Source: Podarcis erhardii
Taxonomy: Eukaryota
Direction: 5' to 3' (one strand)
DNA: 64,000 nt
NCBI GenBank assembly: GCA_964252035.1
Contig: OZ176215.1
Shown here: positions 1 to 13,196 of the stretch, piece by piece
How positions within the stretch are numbered: position 1 is the first letter of the stretch
Layout: each line of letters begins with the position of its first letter
Position numbers and translations under genes: made by a program
The notes under the pieces: generated by a model
What the model saw: the letters and a program-made list of their open reading frames with translations, nothing else
The model's database searches: none
What the model was told of the DNA's origin: nothing

Positions 1-522
1 CCTTCAGACATGGAAGTGGCTCAAACATGGAACTGGAATAAAGTCAGAAGCGGAGGAGATACCGTCATTTTTTGGCAGCAGGGGATGAAAATGCAAGTCC
101 CTGCCCTGAGCTGCCACCTCAGCTCCCCCCACCCCCGAAAATAGGGCAGAGTCAGGGCATTTCTTGGTCCTCCATGGCTCTGTATCAGGTACAGTGTCCA
201 TATGAGAGAGAGGTTCTGAGTTTCCCCAAACAACAACAACAACACTTGAGCAGACGCAGATTGGCAGTAGCTCAGGATGGGGGACATACAACTGGTTCTT
301 CCAAAGTTGATGGGTGTTGTGATTCAAATGATGTGTGTGTGCTGCGTCATGTGATCAGTTATGTGGGGCGGGGCTTACCTCCCCCCCCCAATATTTTTTT
401 CAAGTTGGCACCACTCCTGGTCTCCCTCCCTGTAGGACCTGCCCCACCCCACTGCCAACAAATCCCTAATTCTGCTGGGCTGGTCAGGCTGCAACCACTG
501 GCTACATTTGCCTAATCACATA

Positions 523-603
523 CAGTGGTACCTCCGGTTGCAAATGGGATCTGTTCCAGAGGTCCAGCTGGATGCCGAGGTTTTTGCAACCTGAGGATCG
601 CTG
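523..603. mobile_element. Short Tc1/mariner (Tigger-like) MITE
   Basis: TA|cagtggtacctc start; degenerate ...caacctgaggatcgctg end; same terminus as copies at 7024, 12285 and 14493. Confidence 0.55.
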
Positions 604-627
604 TTATACACATGTGTCGACGGTAGA

Positions 628-790
628 CGTGGGTGTAGCCAAGGGGTGCAAGGGGCAGCTGCCCCATCAAGTAAATGAATAAAAATACTTAACTAACTGA
701 CCAGTTGTGTCACAGATAACTTGGTTCTGTTCCCTCAACATAAAGCCTCCCCCCCCCCCAAAAAATATATCCTGGCTATGCCTGGCTATG
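628..790. mobile_element. hAT-type MITE
   Basis: cgtgggtgtagcc...aaaatatatcctggctatg termini, homologous to the TSD-flanked copy at 24562-24706. Confidence 0.55.
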
Positions 791-1329
791 CTCTAGTGAG
801 CCATCTCTGCTTCACACAAGCAGTAAAAAGGGCAGGATCAGGCCCCAGCCGGCGAGACTCAGCACCAGTGAAACCCTGGTGAGTTTGCAGCCCTAAACAT
901 CCTTTATCCAGAAAGGGGAAAGTGCCAACTCTCATGTGACTCTCACAAGACTTGAACGGGGAAGGCAAAAACAAGTGCTGCAAGAGTTGCTAGGAAGTCC
1001 ATTTCCTGCTAGACACAATTTGGGGGGTTGTGGGGTGATCCTGCCTCTTTTTCTACTTTTATGTCATGCCCCTATGGCAGCCATTTTATGAGTGGGACCT
1101 ATGGCACTTTCTCGGTATTCCAAATGTGTCTACAGGCCCCCCAAAACTTGCAACTCAGGGTCAGATATGGTTGCGTTTTGTTGGAGAGCAAAGGGTTCAG
1201 CAGAGGAGGTGGTAATTGCTGTGGGGATCAGGATGTGGGACTTGAGCAGGTCTTTGGTTTGATCTTGTTGGGGCTCCACTGAAGTTCTTGTGCATGACTT
1301 CTTGTTGCCCCCCCCCTTTTAAATTTCAG

Positions 1330-1663
1330 GTGCAACTCTGAGGTAAAATATGGCTCTGAGAGGCATTACAGGGATGATGTTTTCTACTGCCCAATGCCCA
1401 CGGTCACCACTTACAGTGAGACCGTCATTGCTGCCCCCAACTGCACATGGCGAAACTACAAGTCCCAACTCATCTTTGAGCCGCGCCAGAAACCCCTGAG
1501 GTTCCAGAGTACAACAATCATCTTCCCCAAACATGCCAAGAACATATACCGGACCACACTCAACTATAGCCTTGGTTCTGCCAAAAGATGGTTTGCCTCA
1601 AGTGTGCAGCTAGAGCTTTGTGAAGAGAACAGCCCCTGCATTGTCTACTCAGAAAATGTTTAA
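1330..1663 (+). CDS. RFLNA: Refilin A (FAM101A) terminal coding exon; upstream exons lie outside the window
   Basis: Acceptor tttcag|G at 1330, then CNSEVKYGSERHYRDDVFYCPMPTVTTYSETVIAAPNCTWRNYKSQLIFEPRQKPLRFQSTTIIFPKHAK...WFASSVQLELC...ENV-TAA (1661-1663). Matches the refilin C-terminal domain, closer to RFLNA than RFLNB as recalled. Convergent position next to NCOR2 matches known amniote synteny. Confidence 0.92.
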
Positions 1664-2155
1664 TGCAGTGTTTTGTTTACTGAAGAACTCTTGACTACAA
1701 CATCAACGTAAGGCTTAGGCCTACGCCGGAGGAGAAGCCTTTTAAGACTTAATGGCCTTTGGCTGAAGGCATCCATTAAATGGCTCCAGGATCATTCATT
1801 TTTCACACACAGGCTTGGATATGCCAGGTAGCTTCCCTGCTCCTAGAAGCAGCTGAGGGAGATATTCTCATGTGCTGAAGCAGCTAGAAGCTGGTTTTGG
1901 TTCCCCTCAGCCTCGGATCAAACCTCTTTAATTAGCACTTGAATGCATTTTCAGTAGTGAGGGCCTTCCGTTACTTGGTCGCCATTTAGAAAGCTTACTA
2001 TAGGGTAGTGTGTGGGCCCTCTGTAGCATGTAGGATGTGGCCAAATATATCCTTAGAGAAAGTGATTGTGTCACAGAAGATCATCTCCAGTTTGGCAAAG
2101 ACTTGGCTTTGCAAAGACATCAGGTAGATCATGGCAGGCAGTTCTTAGTCATATG

Positions 2156-2220
2156 TTTCCTGCTTGGCAGGGGGTTGGACTCGATGGCCCTTGTGGTCTC
2201 TTTCAACTCTATGATTCTAT
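2156..2220 (+). mobile_element. CR1 LINE 3' tail fragment
   Basis: gcagggggttggactcgatggccctt...tttcaactctatgattctat resembles the CR1 3' terminus. Confidence 0.6.
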
Positions 2221-3118
2221 ATCAAACATTAATTTTGTCCTGGGATCTTAAGTAGAAGTCCCAGCACAATAGATAGAGGTGGAAAGGCAAAGGGCATCAT
2301 TTTTGCCAATGAGCAGGAGTTGCCAAATCCCTGCTGTGCAGGGGCCATTCGTGGAAACCAGGCATTTACAGTTCCTTGGCAACCAGCTGCCTTTATAAAG
2401 GAAGCCAACGAGAAGATTCCTTGGGCACCTGCCTCCTTGTGTGGATATAACATATGGAAAATAGCTGGACGTATAGCTGAATGTGTGGGGAAAGAGTTAA
2501 CATGTGGACTCATTCCTTCAGGAGGCTGCATTTTTTTACTTTTTGCTAAAGATCTGGAAGATAATAGCTTTTTAAAAGACGGTGTTTGAGACCAAAGGCC
2601 TTTTTTTACTTTCTGGAATAAAGGACTGTAAAACTCAGGCCAAGATTTCCCGGAAGGGAAGCTTAGCTCTTTAGGGGTATGAGGAGGGGAAATGACATTT
2701 GTTCGGATTTGCAGATTCACAAACCTAGTAAAACTGAAGTAAATGGATGAAACAGGAAGTGACTGTATGGACAACAGAATGAAGGGAAGGCACTTGAAAG
2801 TATTGGCTGAGTTGGGGAAGCAGTTGTTAATGACAGTTTTGCATACAATGCACAATTGTCTTGATGGTCATTACACATACTGCTTTTAAGAGCTGTCCTT
2901 TCGAATGGGGAAAGATGCATGGTTACACAAATGGTGCATCTTAATGTGCAACAATTATTACATATCCATTATGCTGCTTAGACATATTTGTTCTTTTGAA
3001 TGGAGGAAAGAGTTCATTTAAGTCAACTGCACATGTACCTTGCAACTATTATGCAGATTTTTTTAAAGTGTTCAGAATATATGATGCCGGTCTTATTGAA
3101 GGCAGAAAAGTTCATGAA

Positions 3119-3124
3119 AATAAA
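3119..3124 (+). terminator. Candidate RFLNA polyadenylation signal (another AATAAA at 2617-2622)
   Basis: AATAAA ~1.45 kb after the RFLNA stop, followed by G/T-rich sequence. Usage is not shown by sequence alone. Confidence 0.35.
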
Positions 3125-6100
3125 TTGTGGGTGGGTGGGTGGGTATCATATAGCTCCTATACATGAATGGATTCTTACTGTCTCATCACAAACATCTTAC
3201 TGTTCTTTCTGCAATGCTGGCTTGTTTTTCCTGACTTCAAGACTAAAATGCAAGTGAGACCCAGGCCTTAGTTTTGTTTATTGCAACAGCTGTTGCCTCA
3301 AAATGTTACCATGGTGAGTGATGGCAAATGTCGTTTGAACTTTTTTTTAATTTATAAGCCATGTTGTGTGGCATAATCAACCTCCATCACATCCCTTTAA
3401 AAAGTGTATGTTGTGGAGGGTGGGGGAAGCTCTTTATTGGAAAATGGCAGCCTTTAAATTCTTGGATTCAGATTAAAGATGTACGTTAAGGGTACATCAT
3501 GTATGCATGCATCCCACATTTGAGAACAGAGAACTGTTACAGGTAAACAGTTAGCCAAAAGGTTATTTACTACAGATGCTGAATGCAGCTGACTATTTAT
3601 CAGCATGCCTTGGGGTGCTTGTGGGTGGGGAATCGCAGGTGCTGTTTGACTTCCATCTTGCTTGTGGGCTTCCCAGAAGCACCGTGGGAAATTGTGGCAG
3701 AAAGTTTGAGGGCTTGTCCATGCCAAGTGGTGCATGTTGCTAAACGGTTCCAGAAGTGCTGTATCATTGCAAAGTGAAGGAAGGAGCTCTTCCGCACGGC
3801 TAGTTTCCCAACTGGTCGCAGAACTGGTTGTCTGCTCATCCTGCCAAGCGGTGACAAGACTTCAAAACTCACTTTTGTAAATTTATCCTACATCAGAAAT
3901 GTGGAGAAAACAGAGGAATAATAATTCTTCTAATCACCTGGAAGGACACCGTAGTCTGAACTCTCCACCCATCCAGCCCCCATCCATAACTTAACATCTG
4001 CACATGCCGTTCCACTAAAGCAGAATTACTATTGACTTTAGCCAGGCAAGACCCATGATATCCCGAGTATAATGGGTGATAGAAAGTTTATATTTTGCCA
4101 GATTCCGAAGAATTGCAAATATAAGATGAAGCTTTTTATACAACTGATGACCTGAATGCTTGAGGTAGGACTTTAGAATTGCTTTATCTATGCTATGTTG
4201 TGTAGGGATATTATTAATTTTGCATTCAGAGCACATTTTGTACATTTAAGGGAACTATTTGCCCCATTAAAAAAGGGGGTGCTATTTTTTTAAGTGACAG
4301 AACTTTATGTATTTATCCCCCCACCCTGAGATTGCCAGCTATTCAGTCTGAGTAAATTAAGCACAGCTTCTAAAATCTTGAGTGCCTTACTTCTGTAGTG
4401 CCCAAACCTTTCTTGAATATTGTATTGAAATGCTTTAATTTTAAAACTTTTATATTTCACAACTCTATACACAAATGGAAAATAGAAACCTTTACCCAAA
4501 CTGGCTGCATTCCACAAAAAATGGTGTGTGTATGGTGGCAATTAATAGATGAAGCTCTCCTATGTCACAGCTGCACAGTGAGAGTCAGGGCTCCTGCCCC
4601 CTGCCCAAATCCTGGGAACTGCACTTTCTTAAAGGTCTAACGACTCTGTACTCTTAACAAACTACAGTTCCCAGGAATCTTTGGGGAAGCCATGATTCTT
4701 AAAGGGGCGTAAGAGTGCTTTACATTTATGGTCTGGAGTGGCCTCAATCAGACCATTGGTTTGTTTAGCCTGGTACTGTCTGAGATGGGTAGCAGTGATG
4801 TGCTTTTGTCTTGGGCTGAAAAATTCCTCCACAGCCTTCTAACTGGGAAACTTGGGATTGAATTTGAGAACTTGTGCATGCATAGTGTTACTCTTCCCAC
4901 CAAGCTATCATCATGTAAGCAGTTAGATCCAAATGTGTGCTCACGCCTTGCACTAAAGCATGTGAGAAAAGCAAAACTTTTGCACACAAGCGAAAACATA
5001 AGAATGGGCTTTGACTAACATGTATGAGAATTGCCAAACCAATGAAGAAGACATTGTGTAGCATTTGGTCTTTAGACACAACCAAATTTGCACACACAAG
5101 ACAGTGACGGAAAGATAATTTATTGGTGTTAAATGAAGACTAAAAGTGCATGGTTCCATGCAAGCACATTAAAAGCACAGCATGTGGGTATTCAGTGTAA
5201 AGGTGAATTTCCCGAGAATCCCAGCTTTCATTGTTTAAGAAATCAAGAAGTTACTAGCCCTAGTTGTAGAATGACACCCACAACAGACATTTAAATTATC
5301 TCTCTTCAACGGTAATGGTTTCCCCTCAAATAATCCAAGGAACTGTAGCTTGTTAAGAGTGCCGTAACACTTTGCGAGAAGACCTGTCACTTCAAGCAGT
5401 GTAGGAGAGCTTTAAAGGTAGGGCGTGAATATGACCAGAGTTCAGGCCCCTTTAAATAATCCATTGGTTTGGCTGTGGTTGACTTTTTATCACTCTAATT
5501 AACACACGGGCAAGCTGAAGAGAGCAAGTTTTTCAAGTTCATGAGTCTGATAGCACATGAAGCTCAGGTCTAGCAACAGATAGCCTCATAAAGTCCTCTA
5601 CATTCTTGGTTTTGTTTACTCTCATGAGGCAGAACAGCCTTTTTCCAGGCATGCTCAAGCCCCACACCCTTCTCCAGGTGGTTTAAATTACAGCGCACAC
5701 AAATATACACAAATAAAAGGCCCCAAACACTGCAGCATTTAAGACGTTTCACAAAAGGATACAATTCCCCAAACACATTTGCACATTGCCACACCCTTTA
5801 TGGCTGTGCTAGCAGGCCACTTAGGTGAGGGGCCGGTTACATGCCTCTTTCAGGCAGCTGTTTCTCTTCAGAAAAGCAGGTGCAGGCATCCTGTATTCTC
5901 AAATCCAATAATTCTTTCCCTCAGGTGGTATTTTTTAAAATTGCAAGTGGCTTGTCCACCCTGAGTAACTATATGTTTTCATGCTGCAGTTCCATAAGGG
6001 GAAAGAGTAGGATTTATTCCTGTTTAAATGAATGGGAATTCCTCCACCGAGTTAGATTGGGTGGTTTTTAAAAAATCAATGTGGTGTTCTCAGTTGAAAC

Positions 6101-7023
6101 AAGTGGAATGCCACATGCAAGCCTTGGCGTCATGTTTAATATTAAGCATTGAGTAAATTAATGGATTTGTTTTTAATCCATGTTTTTAAACCATGGTTTG
6201 CACTAAGCATAGACTCCAAACCCTTACTTCCAGATGTACAGGCAAATAGTGGTTGGTGTGGTTTCCTTCTTTCCACACCTACCCTCCAAATCCCCAGATG
6301 CTATCTTAAACAACAGCCTCGTAGGGTGGACTGATGTTCCCAAGCGATGGCTTTCAGAGGAACGTGAAAGCCATGGTTTGCTTCAAATTGTGTTTTGGTA
6401 CCTAGATTGTGAGTTGTCTGTTCCTAAGTCATGACAAAACCATGCTCTGGCTGTGCAAATCATAATTTGGCATTACATCTAAATTATCTAATAGTTTGGG
6501 ACACTTTTCCCCTTTCCCATTCACAAAAGCCACTACATCTGCGGAAAACTGAAAGTAAAATTCCAGAGATTAAAGAAGGCAGTGGATGCTGATTTGATGG
6601 TCAGAAGGGAAGTTAGAAGGTAGCTAATGGCTCTGTTGACATAGATACGTAATTATTTTTGTAGCTCTGCTCTTTCTAAGTGCTTACAAAAGTATTTCTG
6701 CTGTTTTATATTTTGTGATAAGGGGTTTTGCAGTGCCTTTTTATTTTTATATCTATATAAATATGGTATTTCCCCACATCCTTTAGTCAATAATGTCTTT
6801 CTATTCGACTAATAGAAAATAATTTAAGAATTTTTAATATTGCTAAAAACCCTATATATCATAATAAATGATGGAATGTTTTTGTGTGTGTTGTGATTTA
6901 TGAGCATAAACCTGTAGAAAATATCTTGCATTAGGTTTCAGCTAGTAGTAGTAGTAATTTATTATTATGGTCAAAGACCAGTTCAAGAAGCACAACTGAG
7001 ACTGCTTTCACAAGAATGAAATA

Positions 7024-7268
7024 CAGTGGACGCTCGGGTTGCAAACGAGATCCATGCGGGAGGCACGTTCGCAACCCGCAGCGCCATGTCTGCGCACGCG
7101 CGGCTTGCGATTCGGAGCTTCTGCACATGCACAAAGCACGATTTAGTGCTTCTGCGCATGCACGGCCGCCGAAACCCGGAAGTAACCCGTTCCAGTACTT
7201 CTGGATTTCAGTGGGTCCATAACCCAAAAAAATGCAACCTGAAGTGTCTTTAACCTGAGGTATGACTG
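7024..7268. mobile_element. Tigger-like MITE
   Basis: TA|cagtggacgctcgggtt...aacctgaggtatgactg|TA; TA target duplication; inverse-orientation relative at 12285-12562. Confidence 0.8.
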
Positions 7269-7512
7269 TAGCCATTTTAAACAATATACTATAGATTAAA
7301 ATAAAAATAGTCGCATGAACGCAAAAAGGCCTAAGGTGAAACTAACATGCAGATTGCCCCTGGGATGCCCGGCTACGGCAGTTTTCCTAGCGATCTACTT
7401 GTTCCAGGGGGTGTTCTACACCTACAAATCTATGCGCAGAATCTGGCAACCATCCGGGTCATCTTGTGATTTTTGCCTAAGAAGAGAAAATTTTGTTTAG
7501 GCTTTTCCAGAA

Positions 7513-7601
7513 CATAGCTGTCAACTTTTCCCTTTTCTTGCGAGGAATCCTATTCAGAATAAGGGAATTTTCCTTTAAAAAAGGAAACGTTGACAGCTAT
7601 A
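7513..7601. mobile_element. 89-bp hAT-type MITE
   Basis: 12-bp TIRs atagctgtcaac (7514-7525) / gttgacagctat (7589-7600); flanks ttccagaa / gtccggaa (6/8 identity) fit an aged 8-bp TSD. Confidence 0.65.
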
Positions 7602-9124
7602 GTCCGGAAGGTCAGCAAGCCCCATCAGATGGGGGTCGAGAGTAAAGGCCCTTCTTGCATTTCTGGATTCGAGGAAATGGAGGTCTGCTTCTGGGACAGC
7701 AACATATCTCTAGCGTTCTGCAGTTATGTAATCGGGACCTCAGGCAGTCCTGTCGTCTCTCTATGTCCATAATTATTTGCCTGACCACGGATCTTGCTTG
7801 ATCCAATCCCAAATTTAGGATGGCTTGAAGAGCAAGGCCCAATTTCTGCAGAGAGTTCAGGACCGCTATCTGCCAGCCAGACGAACCAATCACAAAGAAT
7901 CAGTGGAGCTATACCTTGGAGCAATTTCAGTGCCAACCAGTTATAGACTGATGTTAAGCAAATATGAGCAAAAAAACCCTCTCCTCATCCCCATTTCTAA
8001 TCTATGCATTTGAAACGCATCTGGGGACTTGTAAAAGGGCTCTGAGAAATTTAGACTGGATTCTCTTGAGGGGAGTGAAAGAAGAGGGTTATAAGAAGAG
8101 CCCATAAAGGAGCTGTGCCAATGTTTTGGCCTTGTATAATTTTAGGGCCGTGGGGACCAAAAAAAACCCCTTGAGTTCTAAAGAATTTGAGGATACAGTT
8201 AGCAGATCTTTCCCCATAGGTTTCAGCTATTTCCCCTGCGTTGGCCTAACTTTATCTTTTTAAAAAATTATATATCAAATTTATCTGTACCACCTTTCAG
8301 CTGAGGACAGTTCACAATACAAGGTGCACCCAAATGCCTTGTTGGTGTCTATCTGTCTCAAGAGACAATGGAGTGCAACCTCCAGAGGTGTAGTCAAACT
8401 GTTGGAGAATCATAGTGCCTGCTGTGGCTGCAGAGACCGTTAACTCGTAACTAATGCAATAAGATGCAGTAAAATATAGAATCTATTTTTGATAGCAGTG
8501 ACCCGAAAGTCAGAAATATAAAACATACTGTTTTCCCTAGCATGGAGGTGAAATTAAAGGAAAAGCTTTACCATTTTGTTCATCAGACTTCTGTTGAAAC
8601 ACACATGCTGCCAACTAAATACTGGCAAGCATAGCACGTTCCCATTCATCTTTATTACAATCAGTAGACTTGAGCTCAATAGATACTGCCTTAAAACAGA
8701 GACTAACAATATCTAAGATTTTTGCAAATAAATAGGTAGCAAATTGTGCTATCTAGTAGTTGTGAATTCTTTGTAAGACACTTTGAGGATAAAGTTGCTC
8801 ACCTCCCAAACTGATACTGATGCAGAATCTCTCTAGGTGTCCAATGCGCCATGCGAGTGTTGTGGGATCAGTTTCACCAACCTGGTGACGTGAACAAGGT
8901 GCTTGTAGCACTGCCCCTGACACCTGTCCTCTCAACTCTTTGCAGCTCTTGGCTGATTGAAACTAACTGGTGGTGCCGATTTTCGACGGGTGGGTCTAGG
9001 GGGCAGCTAATGCATCATTGCACACAAGGGTGGTGCCTACCACTTTGAAGGGAGTGTTGATGTGATCACTTCTGAAAAAGCCTGCCCTGGATCCAGTGGT
9101 GCACAACTTCCACAGGATCACGAA

Positions 9125-9270
9125 TGCTCTCTTGAGAGGGCACTTGCATTTCAGCTGCAGTTGAATGAAACTGAGTACTTTGACCCTCACCAGACTGGAT
9201 TCCAGAGTGGGTTTGGGACTGAATTGGCCTTGGCCACTGATGGCTGACCTTCACCAAGAGAGGGGTATGA
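9125..9270 (+). mobile_element. L2 LINE reverse-transcriptase fragment
   Basis: Translates as LQLNETEYFDPHQTGFQSGFGTELAL, a decayed version of the L2 RT motif LDPFQSGFRPGYGTETAL. Confidence 0.6.
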
Positions 9271-10752
9271 GTATTGCCTGCCCCCTACGCCCATACCCAG
9301 CCACAAAGACTCTTCTCTCTGCCTTGTGACTCCAGTGCTGTGGCCCATTTAATGTGAGATCAAGCTTGTTCCAACAACCTACTGTCCCAAATGCATGCTT
9401 GAGACCTTTTTATTTACCCAAGCCTTTTCTAAATGAAATGGTTAATTATTTTCTGCTCATGATTTTCTAGTTCTTTTCACAGTCATTTTATTCATACTAT
9501 TTCTCCATGCGCGCACACACACATAGAGCCACCTCTGAAATGAGGCTTCTGAAAAAAAAAAATAGTTAATGTAGAAATACACTAGAGTAATACTGACTTT
9601 CATGGCCTTCCTCAAGGTCTCAGCCTGGACTAGAATATCAGGTAGGAAATCACCATATATAACTACAACAACAAATATTTAAAACTGTCCTCTGTTCTGT
9701 CTTATTTCAGCATACAGTAGCACTGAAGGCATCAGTGAAGTTGTTATTCAAGAAGTCAACATGCTGGTATCTCTTAAGAGTCCCCACCCTATCCTCTGAA
9801 AGCACACAGATTATTTAAAGGTGCACAATAAAAATTTGTAGGAGGAGGAGGATGAGCCTTAACTATTCACAACTTAAAATACTGGAGCACAGGTCAGCAT
9901 CATTGCACAGAAAATGGATGCATGGTTGGGTAGGAAAATGGATATATAATTTGCAGTTGTGCTGTAGTTGGAATTTGACTCTTGTGTTGCATGTTCCACT
10001 TTTTATCCAGCAGCTGGCAGGGCAGTGGGAGAGATCTCTGTTTTCCTCCATAATCTCTTCCCTGCTGGCTTTTTTTGAGAAAACATCTTAGGCTATTCTG
10101 ACTGGTAACTTGAAGAATTTTCTCCTGTTTTTTGAAATTCTATTTGGGTTATGTAGTTATGATGTCCAATATTTGTTTAAGACTACTTAGTAGATTTTGT
10201 CCTGAATAGGCAGAATTTCATCTGTGAAAATGATGCTATTATCAAAAATTATCTTTTTATTTCAAACAGTTCCAATTTGTATTCCCATTAAAACTTTGTG
10301 AGAGATGGGAGAAAATAGTTATTAATATAATACACAAATGGAAGCACCCTAGACATCTACCAGCAGAGATACCATGATACATTGCCTTGTAAAATATATA
10401 AAAACCTATGTACCTAGAGAAAACAAGTCATGGCTACATATGGAATATGATCTTTCACTGGCACTGAAAATTCTGGGACTCCCTTTTTTAATACACCACA
10501 AATGTATATGAGGGCGGCGAGGGGGGGGGGGAACCAACACAGATAAACAAACTGACACCACTAACATCACCAGTGATACTGTCTGTTTCACCTTTTTTAC
10601 ACAGAAGAAAGAGATACTTTGTGTGAGCAATGGAAAAAGACAGATTTATTTAGATTAACTTTTACACAGATGACATACCTTGACAGGGGAATAAGTATTA
10701 CTCAAAGCAAGACAAAACACCAGGAACTGTTTAAATACCGTATATACCAACA

Positions 10753-10830
10753 TGTTGTTGTTGTTTAGTCGCTTCGTGACCCCCTGGACCAGAGCACGCC
10801 AGGCACTCCTGTCTTCCACTGCCTCCCGCA
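10753..10830 (-). mobile_element. RTE-BovB 3' terminal fragment
   Basis: (tgt)n tail plus cgtgaccccctggaccagagcacgccaggcactcctgtcttccactgcctcccgca, nearly identical to 15860-15951. Confidence 0.85.
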
Positions 10831-10979
10831 TACACATTGCTAACAAATCCAACAGTTACTGAACATGCTTCTAGACCTTTAACACCATTTGAAAATTTAA
10901 TCACAACCACTAATGCAAAATCTAAGAATATATTATTAAAATAATCATTGACAGGCAATTAGGCCAAACAAATTTGACA

Positions 10980-11560
10980 AAACATACTTGGGACTCAGAT
11001 CTCAAGATGGTGATTGAAGAGGCAGATTGGCAGAACTTGTGGGACAAGAAGCCCTTAGCTTCAGTATCTATGTGCATAAAACACTCTTAAGCTCCTACAC
11101 AAGTGGCATTAAACACCTTTGAGGTGTAGTCATATCAGCAAAGCTATTTCTCCTCTTTGCTGGAGAGGTGTAAAGAGATTGGAATCGCTGTACTGTACAT
11201 ACGTGGTGGACATGTGACAAATTACAACCATTTTGGAAGAATATTATAGATTAAATAAGGTTGATCACAAAACAAAATGTTATTCATACCTCAACTTTAG
11301 TATTGTTAACAGTTTTTAAAAATAAAAATGCCAGTTTTAGTAGCAGCTCAACAACTTGTTGCCCCAAATGAAAATCTATAGAACATATGCGAATATCACA
11401 ATGGAAACAAAAAATTTGGACCATAGTACTTTCAGAGAAACTGACCAAGGAAGTTCAAGCTGTAGCTGGAAAGGGAAATGAGGACAATTTTTAAAGAAAT
11501 ATGGTAGCCCTTCACCACAGAATCAAGAAAACATAGTGGTATCCACCAGACTGACATTTG
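10980..11560 (+). mobile_element. L1/Tx1 ORF2 C-terminal fragment (decayed)
   Basis: Broken translation WDSDLKMVIEEADWQNLW...SPLCWRGC...WWTCDKLQPFW resembles the L1 ORF2 cysteine-rich domain. Ends are approximate. Confidence 0.6.
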
Positions 11561-11680
11561 AAACTTTGGAATAATGTTTTCCCGCAAGATTTTGTGCTTT
11601 GGAAGAGGGGAAATGTTTCCTATGGGGGGTTATGTTCATTTCTGTAATGGAAAAGAATAAGATAGTGCTATCATAACATA

Positions 11681-12029
11681 AGGTAAAGGTAAAGGGACCC
11701 CTGACAGTTAAGTCCAGTCGCGGACAACTCTGGGGTTGCGGCATTCATCTCGCTTTACTGGCCAAGGGAGCCAACCTTTGTCTGCAGACAGTTTTTCCGG
11801 GTCATGTGGCCAGCATGACTAAGCCGCTTCTGGCGAAACCGGAGCAGCGCATGGAAATGCTGTTTACCTTCCCGCTGGAGCGGTACCTATTTATCTACTT
11901 GCACTTTGACGTGCTTTTGAACTGCTAGGTTGGCAGGAACGGGAGCTCACCCCGTCATGGGGATTCGAACCACTGACCTTCCAATCGGCAAGCCCTAGGC
12001 TCAGTGGATCAGACCACAGTGCCACCCAC
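11681..12029 (-). mobile_element. Sauria SINE (Squam1), near full length
   Basis: (aaaggt)n tail on + (ACCTTT on the element strand) and typical body; 11-bp TSD atcataacata at 11670-11680 and 12030-12040. Confidence 0.92.
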
Positions 12030-12284
12030 ATCATAACATACACAGACACAATAACAGATCACTTAGATAGCCATAATTTAAACAACAGTGTTCAAAGCAC
12101 TGCATTTAATTTAAAAGGTTAATACTCTCTTTGTCTTAGTTTTGATTTTCAAGTGCTAACAACAATGTTCCAGAACCTCTCTGTTGCCATTCTAAGAGAA
12201 TGAGGGAGGTGTTCATGGTTCCTGTACCTGTTTTCTAGAAAAATAGCACTAGGTAAAACAATAAAGGAAAATACAAAATCGATA

Positions 12285-12562
12285 CAGTCATACCTCGGGT
12301 TACAGATGCTTTGGGTTGTGCGATTTCGGGTTGTGTACTGCGCCCGAAGTTGGAAGTACCAGAAGTTGGAAGTACCAGAACTGGTTAATTCCAGGTTTCA
12401 GCGCTTGCGCATGTGCAGAAGCGCTAGATTTGTGCATGTGCATGTGCAGAAGCGCCAAATCGCAACCCGTGCGTGCGCACACACGGTGCTGCGGGTTGCA
12501 AACGCTGCGGGTTGCAAATGTGCTTCCCGCACGGATCACGTACGCAACCCGAGCATCCACTG
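12285..12562. mobile_element. Tigger-like MITE
   Basis: TA|cagtcatacctcgggtt...aacccgagcatccactg|TA; inverted relative of 7024-7268. Confidence 0.8.
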
Positions 12563-13196
12563 TATGGATAAACAACCAGTATTCAAAAATAGCACAACAG
12601 TTGAGAACTCTTCAAAACCAACAATGCTGACCAACCTGTGGACCACTCTCTGCCCAAAAGTTTGTCCGCAGAATGAGGTTTTGGCCAGGTTGCAAGAAGC
12701 TGTTAGAGAGATTGAGCCAGGTGGGTCTCTCTTGGGAGAGCAGCCTGCAACTTTGATGCAGAGACTCCCCACCCTAATAACCCTTATCAGTATCAACAAT
12801 CCTCTGGCAAGATGGGTAGGGTGGCTATTAATCCAACTTTACAAAGGATAGCCCTCTGTTTTCAGGGCCAATCCCATGTTTGGTCCAAATCTGGTTTAAA
12901 GAGAAAGAAACGTTAAGAAGAGAGAGCAGAAGAGGGCTTGAAGTTACATGGTCACAGCCTTCCCTGCTAAAATGAGATTACTGTATTTACGTATGTTTAA
13001 ATTACAGTAATAATTATTTAAATTGTACATGCACACATAAAATATATAAAAAAATTATCCAGTAACACCTTAGAGACCAACTAAGTTTGTTCTTGGTATA
13101 AGCTTTTGTGTGCATACACACTTCTTCAGATACCTGAAGTATACCAGATACCAGGTACTGTATCCCATTTCCTCCCTAGGGATGGGAAGAAACCAG

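Noticed and set aside
3600-3872. 90-aa minus-strand ORF just past RFLNA
   Set aside because: No recognisable homology and length expected by chance. The same applies to 25370-25696 and 26420-26824.
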